Positions 1-11,788 of a stretch of 64,000 bases of DNA are shown piece after piece. The DNA lies in assembly GCA_903813345.2 (NCBI GenBank), contig CAIIXF020000001.1, positions 28,582,001-28,646,000 on the forward strand, in the 5' to 3' direction. A program made the translations under genes and the position numbers. This stretch comes from Owenia fusiformis (Eukaryota). The notes under the pieces were generated by a model, which saw only the letters and a list, made by a program, of their open reading frames with translations, was not told the origin of the DNA and ran no database searches. Numbering within the stretch: position 1 is the stretch's first letter; every line of letters starts with the position of its first letter.

Positions 1-1527
1 ATTTATTTTAGAGTTTTGTCTCAGACACTTTTAAAGTGCCCAGATATCATCAAATAGCTCCTTGATATAGTTAGTGTTTCTGGGGGACTTACTCCCCCTC
101 TTGCATCTTGCACTTGCAACCCCCCCCCCCTCTGGCGCCCCCCCCCCCTTGACCCCCCCCCCCCCCCCAAAAAAAAATAAAATTGTGATTTTCTCAAATT
201 CTTTAATTGACTCATACACTTTGAAAGTGCCCAGAAAGCACCAAATAGCGTCGTAAAATTGTAAAATTTTCTAGGGGGAGTGGGCCACCTCTCACACTCC
301 AAACAAAACAATGGAAAAGTTCTGAATTTGTTTTATGTATTGTCTCAGACACTTTTAAATTGCCCAGACATCATCAAATAGCTGCTTGATAAAGTTAATG
401 ATTCTGAAAGACTAACACTTACTCGCCCTCTGGCATCCCCACTCCACCTCCCCCTCTGGCAGCCCCCTCCTTTAACACCCCCCCCCCCCAAAAAAGAAGA
501 GATTTTTCAAATTTTTTTATTGACTCATACCTTTTGAAAGTGCCCAGAAAGCACCAAATAGCATCTTAAAATTGTAAAATTTTCTTGGGAAATAGGCACT
601 TTTAGGCACAGACACTTTTAAAGTGCCCAAACTTCATCGAATAGCACCTTGATATTGCAAATTTTGATATGGGGGACAAACACTTGCTTCCCCTCTGGCA
701 CCCCAGCCCCACCTCCCCCTCTGGCACCCCTCCCCCCCCCCCCCTTTGACACCCCCAAAATTTGAAAAAAATTGTGATTGTTTTTTTCAATGCTTTTATT
801 GACTAATACACTTTAAAAGTGCCCAGAAGCACCAAATATCATCTTTAAATTGTAAAATTTTCTAGGAGAGTTAGCCACCCCTCACATCCCCCACAAAACA
901 AAATATTCTGAATTTCATGTATTGTCTCAGATATTTTTTAAGTGCCCAGACATCATCAAATAGCACCTTGATATGGTCAATATCTCTGGGGGACAACCCC
1001 TTGCTCCCCTACTGGCACCCCACCCCACTTTACCCTCTCATCCTCTTTGACACCCCCAAAAGAATTTGAAAAAAATTCACATTTTTCTTATTGACTCATA
1101 ACGCACAGGCGTACCAGATGGTTGCAAATTCGCTCCAAATACAACCAAATTTCAAAATTTTCCTGGGGGAGAACCCCCAGACCGCCCTGAATGCTCGGTT
1201 TTTTATTCACTCAACTCTTATTCCCATGGTGGTGGCTTACTTCTTAGAAACTTACACTTTGAAAGTGCCCAGAAAGCACCAAATAGCATCTCAAAACTGT
1301 AAAATTTTCTAGGGGGAGTGGACCACTCCTCACACCCCCCACAAAACAATTGGAACGTTTGGAAGTTGCATGCATTTGTTAATTCCAAACCAATATAGGG
1401 AGTAACTGACCCCCCCCCCCTCTGTCTTACGCGATTTAATTTACGCGGCAAAAAAATGACAATTTTACATTCTCTTTAGTAAGCTAAAAACCGCACCCCC
1501 CTTGGAGAAAAGTGTCTTACGGGCCTG
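1..1527 (-). mobile_element. Non-autonomous DNA-transposon-like element (truncated by window start) with ~300-bp degenerate internal tandem repeats and C-rich tracts
   Basis: Motif AAAGTGCCCAGAAAGCACCAAATAGC recurs at ~225, ~537, ~816 and ~1262. The block ends in TTACGGGCCTG (CAGGCCCGTA on -), also seen at 23703. Segment 1107-1250 recurs at 30367-30500. Confidence 0.6.
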
Positions 1528-1602
1528 TTGTGTATCTAGATATGTACATTATTAAAAGAGGGCAACACTGTACAACTCCGACAGTTTGATGCAGTCAGGT
1601 CG

Positions 1603-1692
1603 TACCCTTTGCATTCTTTCCGACTTCGCATCTCAAAAGAGAGGTTCGTCTAACTCTTCAGTAGTTTATAACTAGACTCTGCGCGCAGGGTA
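1603..1692. mobile_element. 90-bp mini element with TACCCT...AGGGTA termini (AcademH-like by TSD length)
   Basis: Flanked by GTCAGGTCG (1594-1602) and GTCAAGTCG (1693-1701), a 9-bp TSD with one mismatch. A second copy lies inverted at 9993-10084. Confidence 0.6.
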
Positions 1693-2469
1693 GTCAAGTC
1701 GCAGAGTCGTTTCAAAATCTAAGATGGCTCTCAAAGTGAGTAAGTGACATCAAGACCACAGCCTGGTCAGTTACTTTCAGTCTAAAAGCCCCCCCCCCCC
1801 CATCTGGCCGTGAGCTTCAAGCTTACTTTCGATTTGACCATTACCGTTTGAGGACCAATTAAATGATTTATAGAGATTAAAATGCACTGATCATCATATT
1901 CAAGTGGAGATTTTGCATCTAATTCAATTTAAGCAATACACCTTTCTAATAAACCTTGGTATACATTTTGCTTACACCAAAGAACCTAGAATAATTGACC
2001 AGATCGGTGATGTCATGCGAGTAGTAGGTCGTCATAAATCTGGCCAATGAGTTTTTGATGGCAAGGTTTATTGGAAAAGTCTATCGGGGGCCATAAAACC
2101 AATCGGGAAAACACTTGACATTATGCAATATATGTGAACAGTAAAGGCAATAAATAAATAATAAACATCACAATTGTACCCTTCTTATCAGATTTGATAT
2201 AACTTGCGCTTTATCTGACAAAAACAAAGGTAGTTGATTTTTTCGACGTTTTTCTAGTCCTAGTTTTTACATTTTGATCCATGAGATCAATAGATTATTT
2301 GCCATATAGAAGGGTGAATAGATGGCAGCATGTGTGTTGGTAGAAATGGTTAGGCCGGAATACATGGAGACATATGGCAAGAGTCACTTAATTTCATGAT
2401 CTTGTATTTCAATTTGGATTAACGTAAAACACCAAAAGGATGTAGCTACATGTGGATTGTGATTAAAAA

Positions 2470-3498
2470 AGTAGCCGGGACAGAACAAGTCCAAAGTCTG
2501 TATTTTTACTCTCATTTATTCACTTTTAAGAGTTAATCGACCACATTTTGCATACATATTCCCTGGAGAAATCCTAAATTAGAATTTATTTGGTTTTAAT
2601 TATGATTTATTTCTTAAATATAGGGAAACATTTAATTCTGATAGGTCTATTATCAAAATTTGCCATTTTGTGTGACAAATGCAACATTTTGACGTAATTA
2701 ATAAAAGCCCAAGTTATAAATGACATAAACAATATGGTATCTCTTATCATCCTAGTCTCTATCATCCTAGTTATTTTTTGCCAGTCGTCAGATCATGCAT
2801 TTGAAGTGTACCCCAAAGAGAAATGCATTCATTGATTGTGGTAAGTAGTGAATTGGCAAAACAATGGTGAAGCCAAACCATCATTTTGCCCCATTTTGGT
2901 GCTTATTTTTCCATTAATAGTCATTTGGTACCACCATGACATCACAATATAGCATCTGACGTCATAATATAGGTACCAAAATGAAGCACGAACTACTAGC
3001 TTTAACATATCAAATATGTCACTATTCATTTGATTAAAATGGTAACTGGAATAAGTTCAAAAGGTATGCCACTCCCTTACCCCATCCATTTTTCTCAAAT
3101 AATGTAGGTATCTTCAGGGGTCGATTTTTGGCCCCGTATTATTGAAAATACCATGTTTCGGCATACACATTTTCTCCAAAATATCTCAATTACTTAAAAC
3201 AGTTACATTTGTGCTGAATAAGAAAACATGTGCTCATCATGGATTTATTAAATCAAAAAAAGTGATTTGATCATTTACGTCAATATGTTGCATTTGCTGC
3301 ACAAAATGGCAAATTTTGATTATAGACCAATCAGAATCAAATGTTTCCCCATTTTCAACAAATATTAATTAAAACCAATAAAACTCTATGTTAGGATTTC
3401 TCCAGGGAATATGTATTCAAAATGTGGTGACTTAACTCTTAAAAGTGAAGAAATAAAAGTATAGATATAACCCTGAGACTTGTTTTGTCCCGGCTACT
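2470..3498. mobile_element. MITE with long (~230 bp) imperfect terminal inverted repeats
   Basis: AGTAGCCGGGACAGAACAAGTC at 2470 vs GACTTGTTTTGTCCCGGCTACT ending 3498. CACTTTTAAGAGTTAA...CCCTGGAGAAATCCTAA (2521-2577) is inverted at 3391-3447. A terminus fragment also occurs at ~55206. Confidence 0.8.
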
Positions 3499-3825
3499 AT
3501 TTACAAATAACACTTGCGAGACTGTTATTGGCAAGTCGGTTGCCAGTTTTCGAAATGAAGAGCGCATGTGTTTGAAAAAGAAAAACAGTTTTTAAGAATA
3601 ATATTATATAACTTTAATTAGAATGTTATCTTATATTCCGAAGAATTAAAGTTACATTCATGCGATACCCTAAAAATACAAGTGCGCCACCTTTTTGCGA
3701 TGTATACGTCAACAATTGTTGCCATGGTGGCACTCCTAATAAAATGGGGATGCTCATACACCGGGCTTATACATAATCCAAGTAACTACGATGTCGAGAG
3801 GGATGTGACTAGATCAGTTCCGAAC

Positions 3826-4090
3826 TTCATGAATCACTCGCACTAATGAAGTCAGCAATCGTAATTCTAACTTTATCTATCTTAGAGGTGATCATGATCA
3901 GCCAATTTAATCCTAATGTAGCAATATCGCCTAAAATAACAGTTTTAGAGGTGGTGCGAGTGAAATAATGGCATACATTGATTGTTAGAACAGCTTGATA
4001 TTTGCAAGATTTAGCGATATAATCATTTAAGCCTTTATAAATGTCAATGTCTAAAGTAGTCAACTGTCTGTAGACACCAGAGTAATAAGC
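3826..4090 (+). repeat. Dispersed repeat; uninterrupted paralogue of 7046-7197 + 9355-9458
   Basis: Collinear blocks ATCGTAATTCTA, ATGATCAGCC, TAATCCT.ATGTAGC, GAAATAATG, TTAGAACAGCTTGATATTTGCA and CAGAGTAA are shared. Confidence 0.75.
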
Positions 4091-5285
4091 CCCTGGTTAA
4101 TTAAGGTATCACGTCAGGTATTTTTCAAAATGTTGTGAGACGTTTCTATTGCTATTTAACAACATCAGGAAATTGGCACTTGATTCAATCAAGAATCATA
4201 CGTTGTCTCTAGAATGCTCCTCATATTAATCTTATTGTAAATAAAATAAAATAAAATTTCTTTTGATTTTGAATCTTCAAACATGTGATCGAGTATATTT
4301 ATGATCAGAAAAAAACAATATTTGTATACATCCTTTATTACATTTTTACTCACTCGGGCAGTAAATACTAAAGGGGAGAAACAATCCCCAGAGGACCATA
4401 ATACTACACGTTCACGTATAAGCTACCTTTAAAATATTTTAATTTAAATATTTTGTTTTTAGTTTTAATACAGTGCCAGCAGGTGTGAAAAGCTACCCAC
4501 TCGTGCATTTGAGAACTGCCATCTATATGATTAAATAAATATCCACGGGAATATCCTTGGCCAAGTGTGAAGTTAACTCCGTGTGCAGTCGTGCAAGGAG
4601 CGCACTAAACAAAATACTATCATGATATGGGGAGTTTTTGTCTAGCCTCAAGACTGTGTACCCCTCCCCCACCCCGTGCACTTCACATTCTTGTTCCGTT
4701 GGGAAGGTGAAGTACATGGGGGTACACAACCTCGAAGCAGGACTTGGAATAGTATAGTTTCTATATAGCTGAATAAAGCTTAAATAATAGATGTCACCCT
4801 TGTTTGCCTTTGATTTGGTTGGGCCAGACTTCCATTGACTCAGTGCTAGAAACTTGCAATAGTCACTTAATTTCATGATTTATCAAAAAGTGTTGGTCGA
4901 ATCTGTCTGAAACTCGAATGACACACTATTGGATGACCCTGTCAATGTACATATTTTGATTAAACAAGAAAATAGTGGTCGCCATACGAATAATCCAAGG
5001 TTTTAAAGAATTTTAGCATTGCACCAATGGAGATTTGGCCAAAGTCTTTTTAAAATGTCAGTGAAAATGATTTGAATTACATAACTCCATGTAAATCAAG
5101 CTATCATTGGATAAAACTTTTCACTGAATTCAAATATGTTATTAAAAAGAAATAAAAGTAAGTCATTAGAGGTAAAAAGTGCAAATCTCTTAAAATCTCA
5201 TGAAAAAAAGAATTTGCGAGAATTCACAGCTATCTAGAAACTCCTCTATATAGGCATATACTAGTAAAGTAACTAGTACTATTTA

Positions 5286-5549
5286 GGGTGTCGACTTTTG
5301 GCAATCAACCGAAGATACCTCAAGAAAAACCGGAGATTGCCGAAGATTGCCGAAGCTTTTCTTTGCAAACGAAGTTGGCCGAGGGTACCACGAATGTGAA
5401 GAGGACGCCTCTAATTGGTCAAAAATAGAGGCTCGGCATTCTCCGTCAGATTGAATCGGCAAAATTCGGTTGCATGGCTTACCTTCGGTTGTATGGCTTA
5501 CCTTCGGCTGCATGGTCCAACCTCGATTGATTGGAAAAGATGCTGTCCC
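5286..5549. mobile_element. MULE-like MITE, 264 bp
   Basis: Perfect 10-bp TSD GTACTATTTA (5276-5285, 5550-5559); GGG...CCC termini; imperfect TIR (CTTTTGGCAATCAACCGAAG vs CTTTTCCAATCAATCGAGG). Confidence 0.75.
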
Positions 5550-6512
5550 GTACTATTTACTGTAACAGTTCTGTGAGATGGACTCGGATAAAAAGGCAAC
5601 TTATCATCTCAAAGCAGTTATCATCTAGAGGCAATCTGGTTGATTTATTTACCATTGTCCAAGATGTTCCTTGTTGTGAAATCCTTATTCTTAAAATGAT
5701 AATCTGGTAAAGTTTATAATTGATTGATTTTCCCGGATCAACCTGAATCAAGACCAAATGGTCAGGGAAAGTGATCAATCTAAGACCAATGATGTAAGAC
5801 AAAGAACTTGGTTAATCGCTTAATCACCAGCGATACATCATCTTGTTTATGTTGAACAGAGACCTCGTGATTACGACAACAACGTCTATCGGAAGAAAGA
5901 GAATGAAAGGGGGAGAGAGTTGGGCCATACCTAGGTAGTCTAGGTGAGGATATAAGACACTAAGGTAAATGGCAATGGGTGGCATATTGCTTGGAGGAAT
6001 CCTCTTCAAGATACAATTGGGAGCTAGTTGATGTGTGGCTACTTACCTGACCTGTGGCTACTCACTACCTTACTTGCTTAACTGCATGACAGCTGATTAT
6101 CACTTGGAACTGTTAAACCCAGCTATGGCTATTTCTTTTTTTCGAAAAAAAGCCTAAAGGTTCTTTATGCTCTTTAAGTGCAATTATCGGGAAAAATAAA
6201 CAAAATTATCAGCGATGTTTTTCCTCGAGTGTCAACTGCTGATCTCAATTGAATATTCAATAAGTAATTACCTCATTTTGTAATGAATACCACACATGCC
6301 CAAGTGAAATAAACCATAAAAAATCTCAGACTCCATTACCACACTGTAAAATATTAAACATGATTCTTTTGTGTGTATTTCTAAACGAATACGGTTCACC
6401 ATTAGATGATATATTAAAGGTGATTTAAAATGGTTTATGGTCGCCATTGATTATGCATTAATCACAATGACAGGTTATGCCCCAGTTGTGATAAGTAATA
6501 AGTGCATGCAGT

Positions 6513-6887
6513 GTTAAAGGCCCCGTGTAAAGTTTAAACAACTTTGTATAACATTTTAGTCTTACAATAAGTAATTGGGATATAATATGTGACATTTTCT
6601 GAGTTGATTTTGAATTTGGCACATATTTTTGAAAATAGTTATTTTGAAGCATCACTAATATTTCGATAAAAAATGAATGTTTATTTTGCTTTGAAATAAT
6701 TTTTTTAATTGGTTGGAAAATAAGGAGGGAATGGTATAAAATATTTGAAAAGCTAAAGGTACATGTAAATAACTTTTTAAAGAGACATTTTTATTGGAAA
6801 ATACATATGAAACAAGTTTTTTAAGTCATGAAAAAGTATTTACAAATAATGAAAATTACATTTGGAAACATTCAATAGGGCCTTTAA
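6513..6887. mobile_element. Degenerate TTAA-flanked MITE (Kolobok-like)
   Basis: TTAAAGGCCCCGTGTAAAGTTT vs AAACATTCAATAGGGCCTTTAA. Confidence 0.45.
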
Positions 6888-7197
6888 TACTAATATATGT
6901 TCTATTCAATGCGTCAAAAGTAGCACTTATTTCAAACATAGCTTAACATCAATTTGATTTTTCAAACTTCTTATTAGATTAATTCCTGCTCTAATTATGA
7001 TGGCGTCTTCGAAATGGCTAGGATCTTGAGGAGTTTTGAATCTGATGATTCATTTGTACTCGAGGAATCAGCGATCGTAATTCTAGCTTTTTATCTTTCT
7101 TAGAGAATGATCAGCCGGTATAATCCTGATGTAGCTATAACAGCTAAAAAATATCTGATTTAGAGATGGCGCAGTGGAAATAATGACCGACCTTACA

Positions 7198-9349
7198 CAC
7201 GAGGGGAAAGAGTACCCGTGTATATACAACCTACCGCCGAGCAAAGACCCGAAGATGTCTGAAAATGTAGGGGGTGAGTTATAAACTTTTGTTTATATCT
7301 TGAATTTCTCAATATGAGAAACAGATAAAACACAGAATTGTGTGTAACTGATAAAGTTATTGTTCCAGGCACTCATGTTTGCAAAATAATGAGTACTTAG
7401 CGCAATGTTTACTATCAAATCGCTAAATTCAACTTTTAAATATTTGAATGATGATTTACATCTTGAATAAGTAACAACCATGGCTGTCTTTACTTCATTC
7501 GATTCAAAGATACAATAGGTGTAAATGTATCATATTTATTTCACTGCCATACGTTGCATATCATTGAAATCACCAGTGAAAGTTGAAAATGAAAGACCCG
7601 ATTATGTCACGAGTACGATTATATAGGACCCGAAGCTACCACCGAGCTATTCCGACTATACCATGAGTAGAACCCGATGAGGTAGTGAGTAAGCTTTCGA
7701 ATGAGCATATAATATCATGACGATATCACAAATATTCCTTTTTATCCTATGCCAAGTAGAGTTTTAGGGAGATAAGTTGGTAAGATATATCCCGTATCTT
7801 GATTTTGAGGTTTCCATATCCAGAACCTCCATATCTCCCGCCATATCTCCCGCTTCGGTGCATATCTTCCCGCACTTCACAATTATTTTTTCAAAATTTC
7901 TTTTTCAAATTTCTTTTTCAATTTAAAAAATATATATATTAAAAATTTTTGGATACATTTATCCTTTTGTTATATTGTTAAACAACACTTTTGTATTTCA
8001 AAAAGTTATCAATGTATTTAAAATTTAAAAGTGGAAATGCAATAAAATGACTATGCCCCTGAAAACTCTACTTGGTATAGGATAAAGCAGTTATGTACGG
8101 TCGGTTTGGATATTGGGTTCATCCCTCGTGAGATATGCACATCTACCTTCGGTCCCTACGGTCCCTCAGGTAGATATGCATATCTCCCTCTGGATAAACC
8201 CCATATCCAAAACCTCCCAGTACATAACCCTTATTTATTTATCATATACTCCTGGCACCGGGATATAATATAATATGATATAGTTCCTGCAGCACTATGC
8301 GTCAACGTCCTTTCCGGCAAAGTTCTTTAAAACATTGAATTCATGCTTACACTTGAATCACCATAATTTCTTATGTGTCTATGGTAAGAGTGCAACCCAA
8401 AAACATTTAATTCTGCATTGCAAGCGCCATTCTACTCAAAGAACACAACTTGAAGAATCCCAAGCTTCACAAGCTTCATATCCTCGAAACGAAAATTACC
8501 GTGATCTTTCTTTGATAATACAATACCATAGTCAAAAACATTGTAAATCCATTTTTTGCCATTTAACTCAGGCACATTAACTTTAATACTCAGTAATGGA
8601 TGGTGCTGACTGAAGTGATTTATAACTACAGTGGAAGCATTTGTACCGAGGACCTGAAATACAATGTTTCGATGTGCAGTGGTAACTGGTGATAGCCATA
8701 TTTTTTTCAGTTTCATTTATTGTTCACAACAAAATGATTCACAAATGATGCAGATTGTATGTTTATTATTTTTTCATCAGCACGTCAAAAACTCGACGAT
8801 ATAATCGGATCTCAACAGATTTTACTCAAGTAATGTTCGGATTCTGAGATCCTTTACTCAAGATATTTTCGGATCTTTATAATATTACTCGTCGATCACA
8901 TCGGGTCCGATGTCCGATAACCTCGGATCTTTTAGGACAAAGTTTAAGTGAAGATTTTGCTGTTCAAAAGTGCTATTTTGACCTAATATTTTGACACTTA
9001 ATATATTATGCATATGTACATCCATTTACCGACCCAAGTATGTCTTATGTACGGCTCATTATCAATTAAAGCGAGTATGAATTAGAAAAACAAATCGAAA
9101 ACCATTACACGTTTACCTTATCTCTTAATTTGGACATAAAAATATATTTCAACTATAATTCTAGGCCAATTGCGCCTGCTAGAACATCTTAGTAACAACT
9201 CTAACCATCCAAAGGAATTGTTAGTGACATTATATTACCTTTATTGTCCATTTTCCTACGAGATGACATTATCAAACATTTGCTCGGCGGTATGTGCGTG
9301 TCTTGCTCGGCGGTAGGTTGTATATACACGGGTACTCTTTCCCCTCGTG
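7198..9349. mobile_element. 2.15-kb non-autonomous DNA transposon, CAC termini, 47-bp perfect TIRs, 5-bp TSD
   Basis: CACGAGGGGAAAGAGTACCCGTGTATATACAACCTACCGCCGAGCAA at 7198-7244 and inverted at 9303-9349. TTACA on both sides (7193-7197, 9350-9354). It splits a repeat that is intact at 3826-4090. Confidence 0.9.
7741..8228. mobile_element. Nested inverted-repeat element with adjacent long hairpin
   Basis: TTTATCCTATGCCAAGTAGAGTTTT (7741) is inverted at 8062-8086. It is followed by a ~138-bp imperfect palindrome GTTATGTAC...GTACATAAC (8091-8228). Confidence 0.65.
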
Positions 9350-9992
9350 TTACATCATTAGAACAGCTTGATATTTGCAGGGGATTTAATAACCTTATTT
9401 ATGCTTTTTTAAATTCCAGGCTCAAAAGCAGTCTGTCTGTGGACAGAGTAACATAAGAATTGTGTCATATCAATTCATTAGCATAAATAATATGACAAAA
9501 AATCATTCCAATGTTTTCAAAAACCTAATGTATCAATTAGTTTAACGATTTCGATCCGTATCTCCTCGAACAGGATTTACTGATCCTCAAACGTTTCGCT
9601 GCTTTTTCAAAATAAAATCCACATAATGGATGTAAATAGATGAGACAACATCCATTAGTATACTCTAAAGTGGAATTTATTATTCAATTACATGCTTTTA
9701 CGCCTGATGTCAGCATCTTAAACTTTTCTTATAAAAACGTGAATTAAATCATTATAACAGGATATAAGAAACGTGTTACCACATAATACCTGCCAACTTA
9801 TTCAAACTTCTGTTTAAATCATCTTCAAGTTTAAATAAAGATCGAATCACTCATACCCAGTTGCCATGACCTGCCACAAGTAATTGAAAAGGGGATGTTC
9901 CTTAAGTTATTCTGATTCTCACATCTTTCTGTCTTCGGCTAGAAATATGCCTTCAAGAAAAAAGCCATGATTTCTCATGATAAACCTTATAT

Positions 9993-10084
9993 TACCCTGC
10001 GCGCAGAGTCTAGTTATTCTTGTATAAACTACATGAAGACGAAGTTCTCTTTTAAGAAGTGTAGTCGAACGAATGCAAAGGGTA
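9993..10084. mobile_element. Second, inverted copy of the 1603-1692 mini element
   Basis: TACCCTGCGCGCAGAGTCTAGTTA is the exact reverse complement of 1669-1692; the other end GAATGCAAAGGGTA also matches. Confidence 0.7.
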
Positions 10085-11788
10085 TGTAGCCATGTATGCG
10101 CCCACCACGCCATTCGATTTTAAGGATGCTGAATGTTTCAATGTCAATGAAAATGTTGCGACCCTGGAATTGAATATGTAACAACTTATATCCAACATAT
10201 TTCAGAAACGCACGTCACAGAATGATTAAAGACACATATGTAAGACTTCATTAATTAGTACTTTCGAATTGCTAAGTTAAATATATCTTCACGTAATGGA
10301 ATTCTATTTGAAAAAATCAAGCATTAGTTTTAAAGGCATCTTAAAAGCTGCTTAAAAGCAATATTGTTGAAATATTTATTTATTTATAAATTGTAATGGT
10401 TTGCTAATATCATCCAAAGAAGCCTTAGTTATTTAAGCTTGTTCTGTTGTTCCTTTGAAATAAAACTCAGCGTTCCATAAGAGTATTATTCTTTTAGTTT
10501 ATGCATCATTAAACACATGTAATACTTCCAGGAACACGACGCTAAATGTTTTATGATTGAAAAACAAATTAATTAATTACCTATAAATAATAGTAGATGT
10601 AGGTTGCATTAATAGATATACACATTCTTCCATTGAATTAAATTTGCAATTGTATTTAAATGTAGAATATCAGATAATTATTTGAACTCAGCATACATCT
10701 ATGATAATGAAAATAATACACATAATTAATCATAAGCCACAATAACAGAATTGAATAATAAAAGTAAGGCTAAGTGTCAAAACAAACCGGAATTCGAGTT
10801 CGAATTTTCACAATAAACAAAAATAACATTAATTGCGCGAAAATGGCAAAATTGAAAGCATGAACTGTTTCTAAATTATATTGAATTGCACGAGTACAGT
10901 GCACGCGATTCATTTATATAATTAAGTTCATGATATCTAAAAATCAAAAATAAAAACATATATTATTTGTGAAAAAGCATCGTATTTAGAAAAATCAAAA
11001 TTCTTACATTTGAAAAAGTAGTTCAGTTGTTCGGTTAATTTAGATCGCCCCAATAATGGTTTTATTTCTAAAGAGTGAAAAATGACAAGATGAAGAAATC
11101 GGTTAATCGTTTAATCACCAACAGCACATCATCTTTTTATATAGATTGAAACCTTACAATATACTATACAGGGTGGGCTAATAAAAATGGGACACTCACA
11201 ATATGTTCTATTTAAAAGAGCAGATTTGAACCAAATGTCATGAAAATTAGGGAGTATAAAGTTTGAACATTTCTGTTCATGTATGTAAACCCCAAAAATA
11301 CAAGTTTTTCATTTCATTTCTCAAAGCAAGAAATCATTTCTCAAAGCAAGAAATGTAACGTATTCGAAAACAGCTTTTAAAATTGCAGAATATCTATAAT
11401 TTTAGGTATAATTCTTTATTTGTAATTATTTTCCATCATTTTCCTCAAATCTTGCCAAATTAACATTGTTATTTTGAGCCTAGACAATCATTTTATGTTT
11501 AGGATAAAATTGTAAAAACATTGTGACTTTTTATTATAGAAACTCACGTTTAATGAGCATTCTGTATGAATTGTTCCGATAGTTAACGCATTGAATATCG
11601 AAACACATCGAGGTACTGTAAGAATGAATTGTGAATGGTCACAAAAGTTTCAGGAAGACATATATAATGTACTGTAATTATTTTTCTGGGATTGAGAACT
11701 ATTATTACAGATAGAGGCAGATATATTACACATTTTTTCATGGATTTTCAAGGTTTGCCCGGTTTCCGAGAAATTGCCGATTTAGACG

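Noticed and set aside
21-1451. Gly/Pro-rich short ORFs
   Set aside because: They are translations of C/G homopolymer tracts in a repeat.
1724-1745. Possible first exon ATGGCTCTCAAA/GTGAGT of a gene in 1.7-11 kb
   Set aside because: I could not find downstream in-phase exons or any recognisable protein; the region is dominated by repeats.
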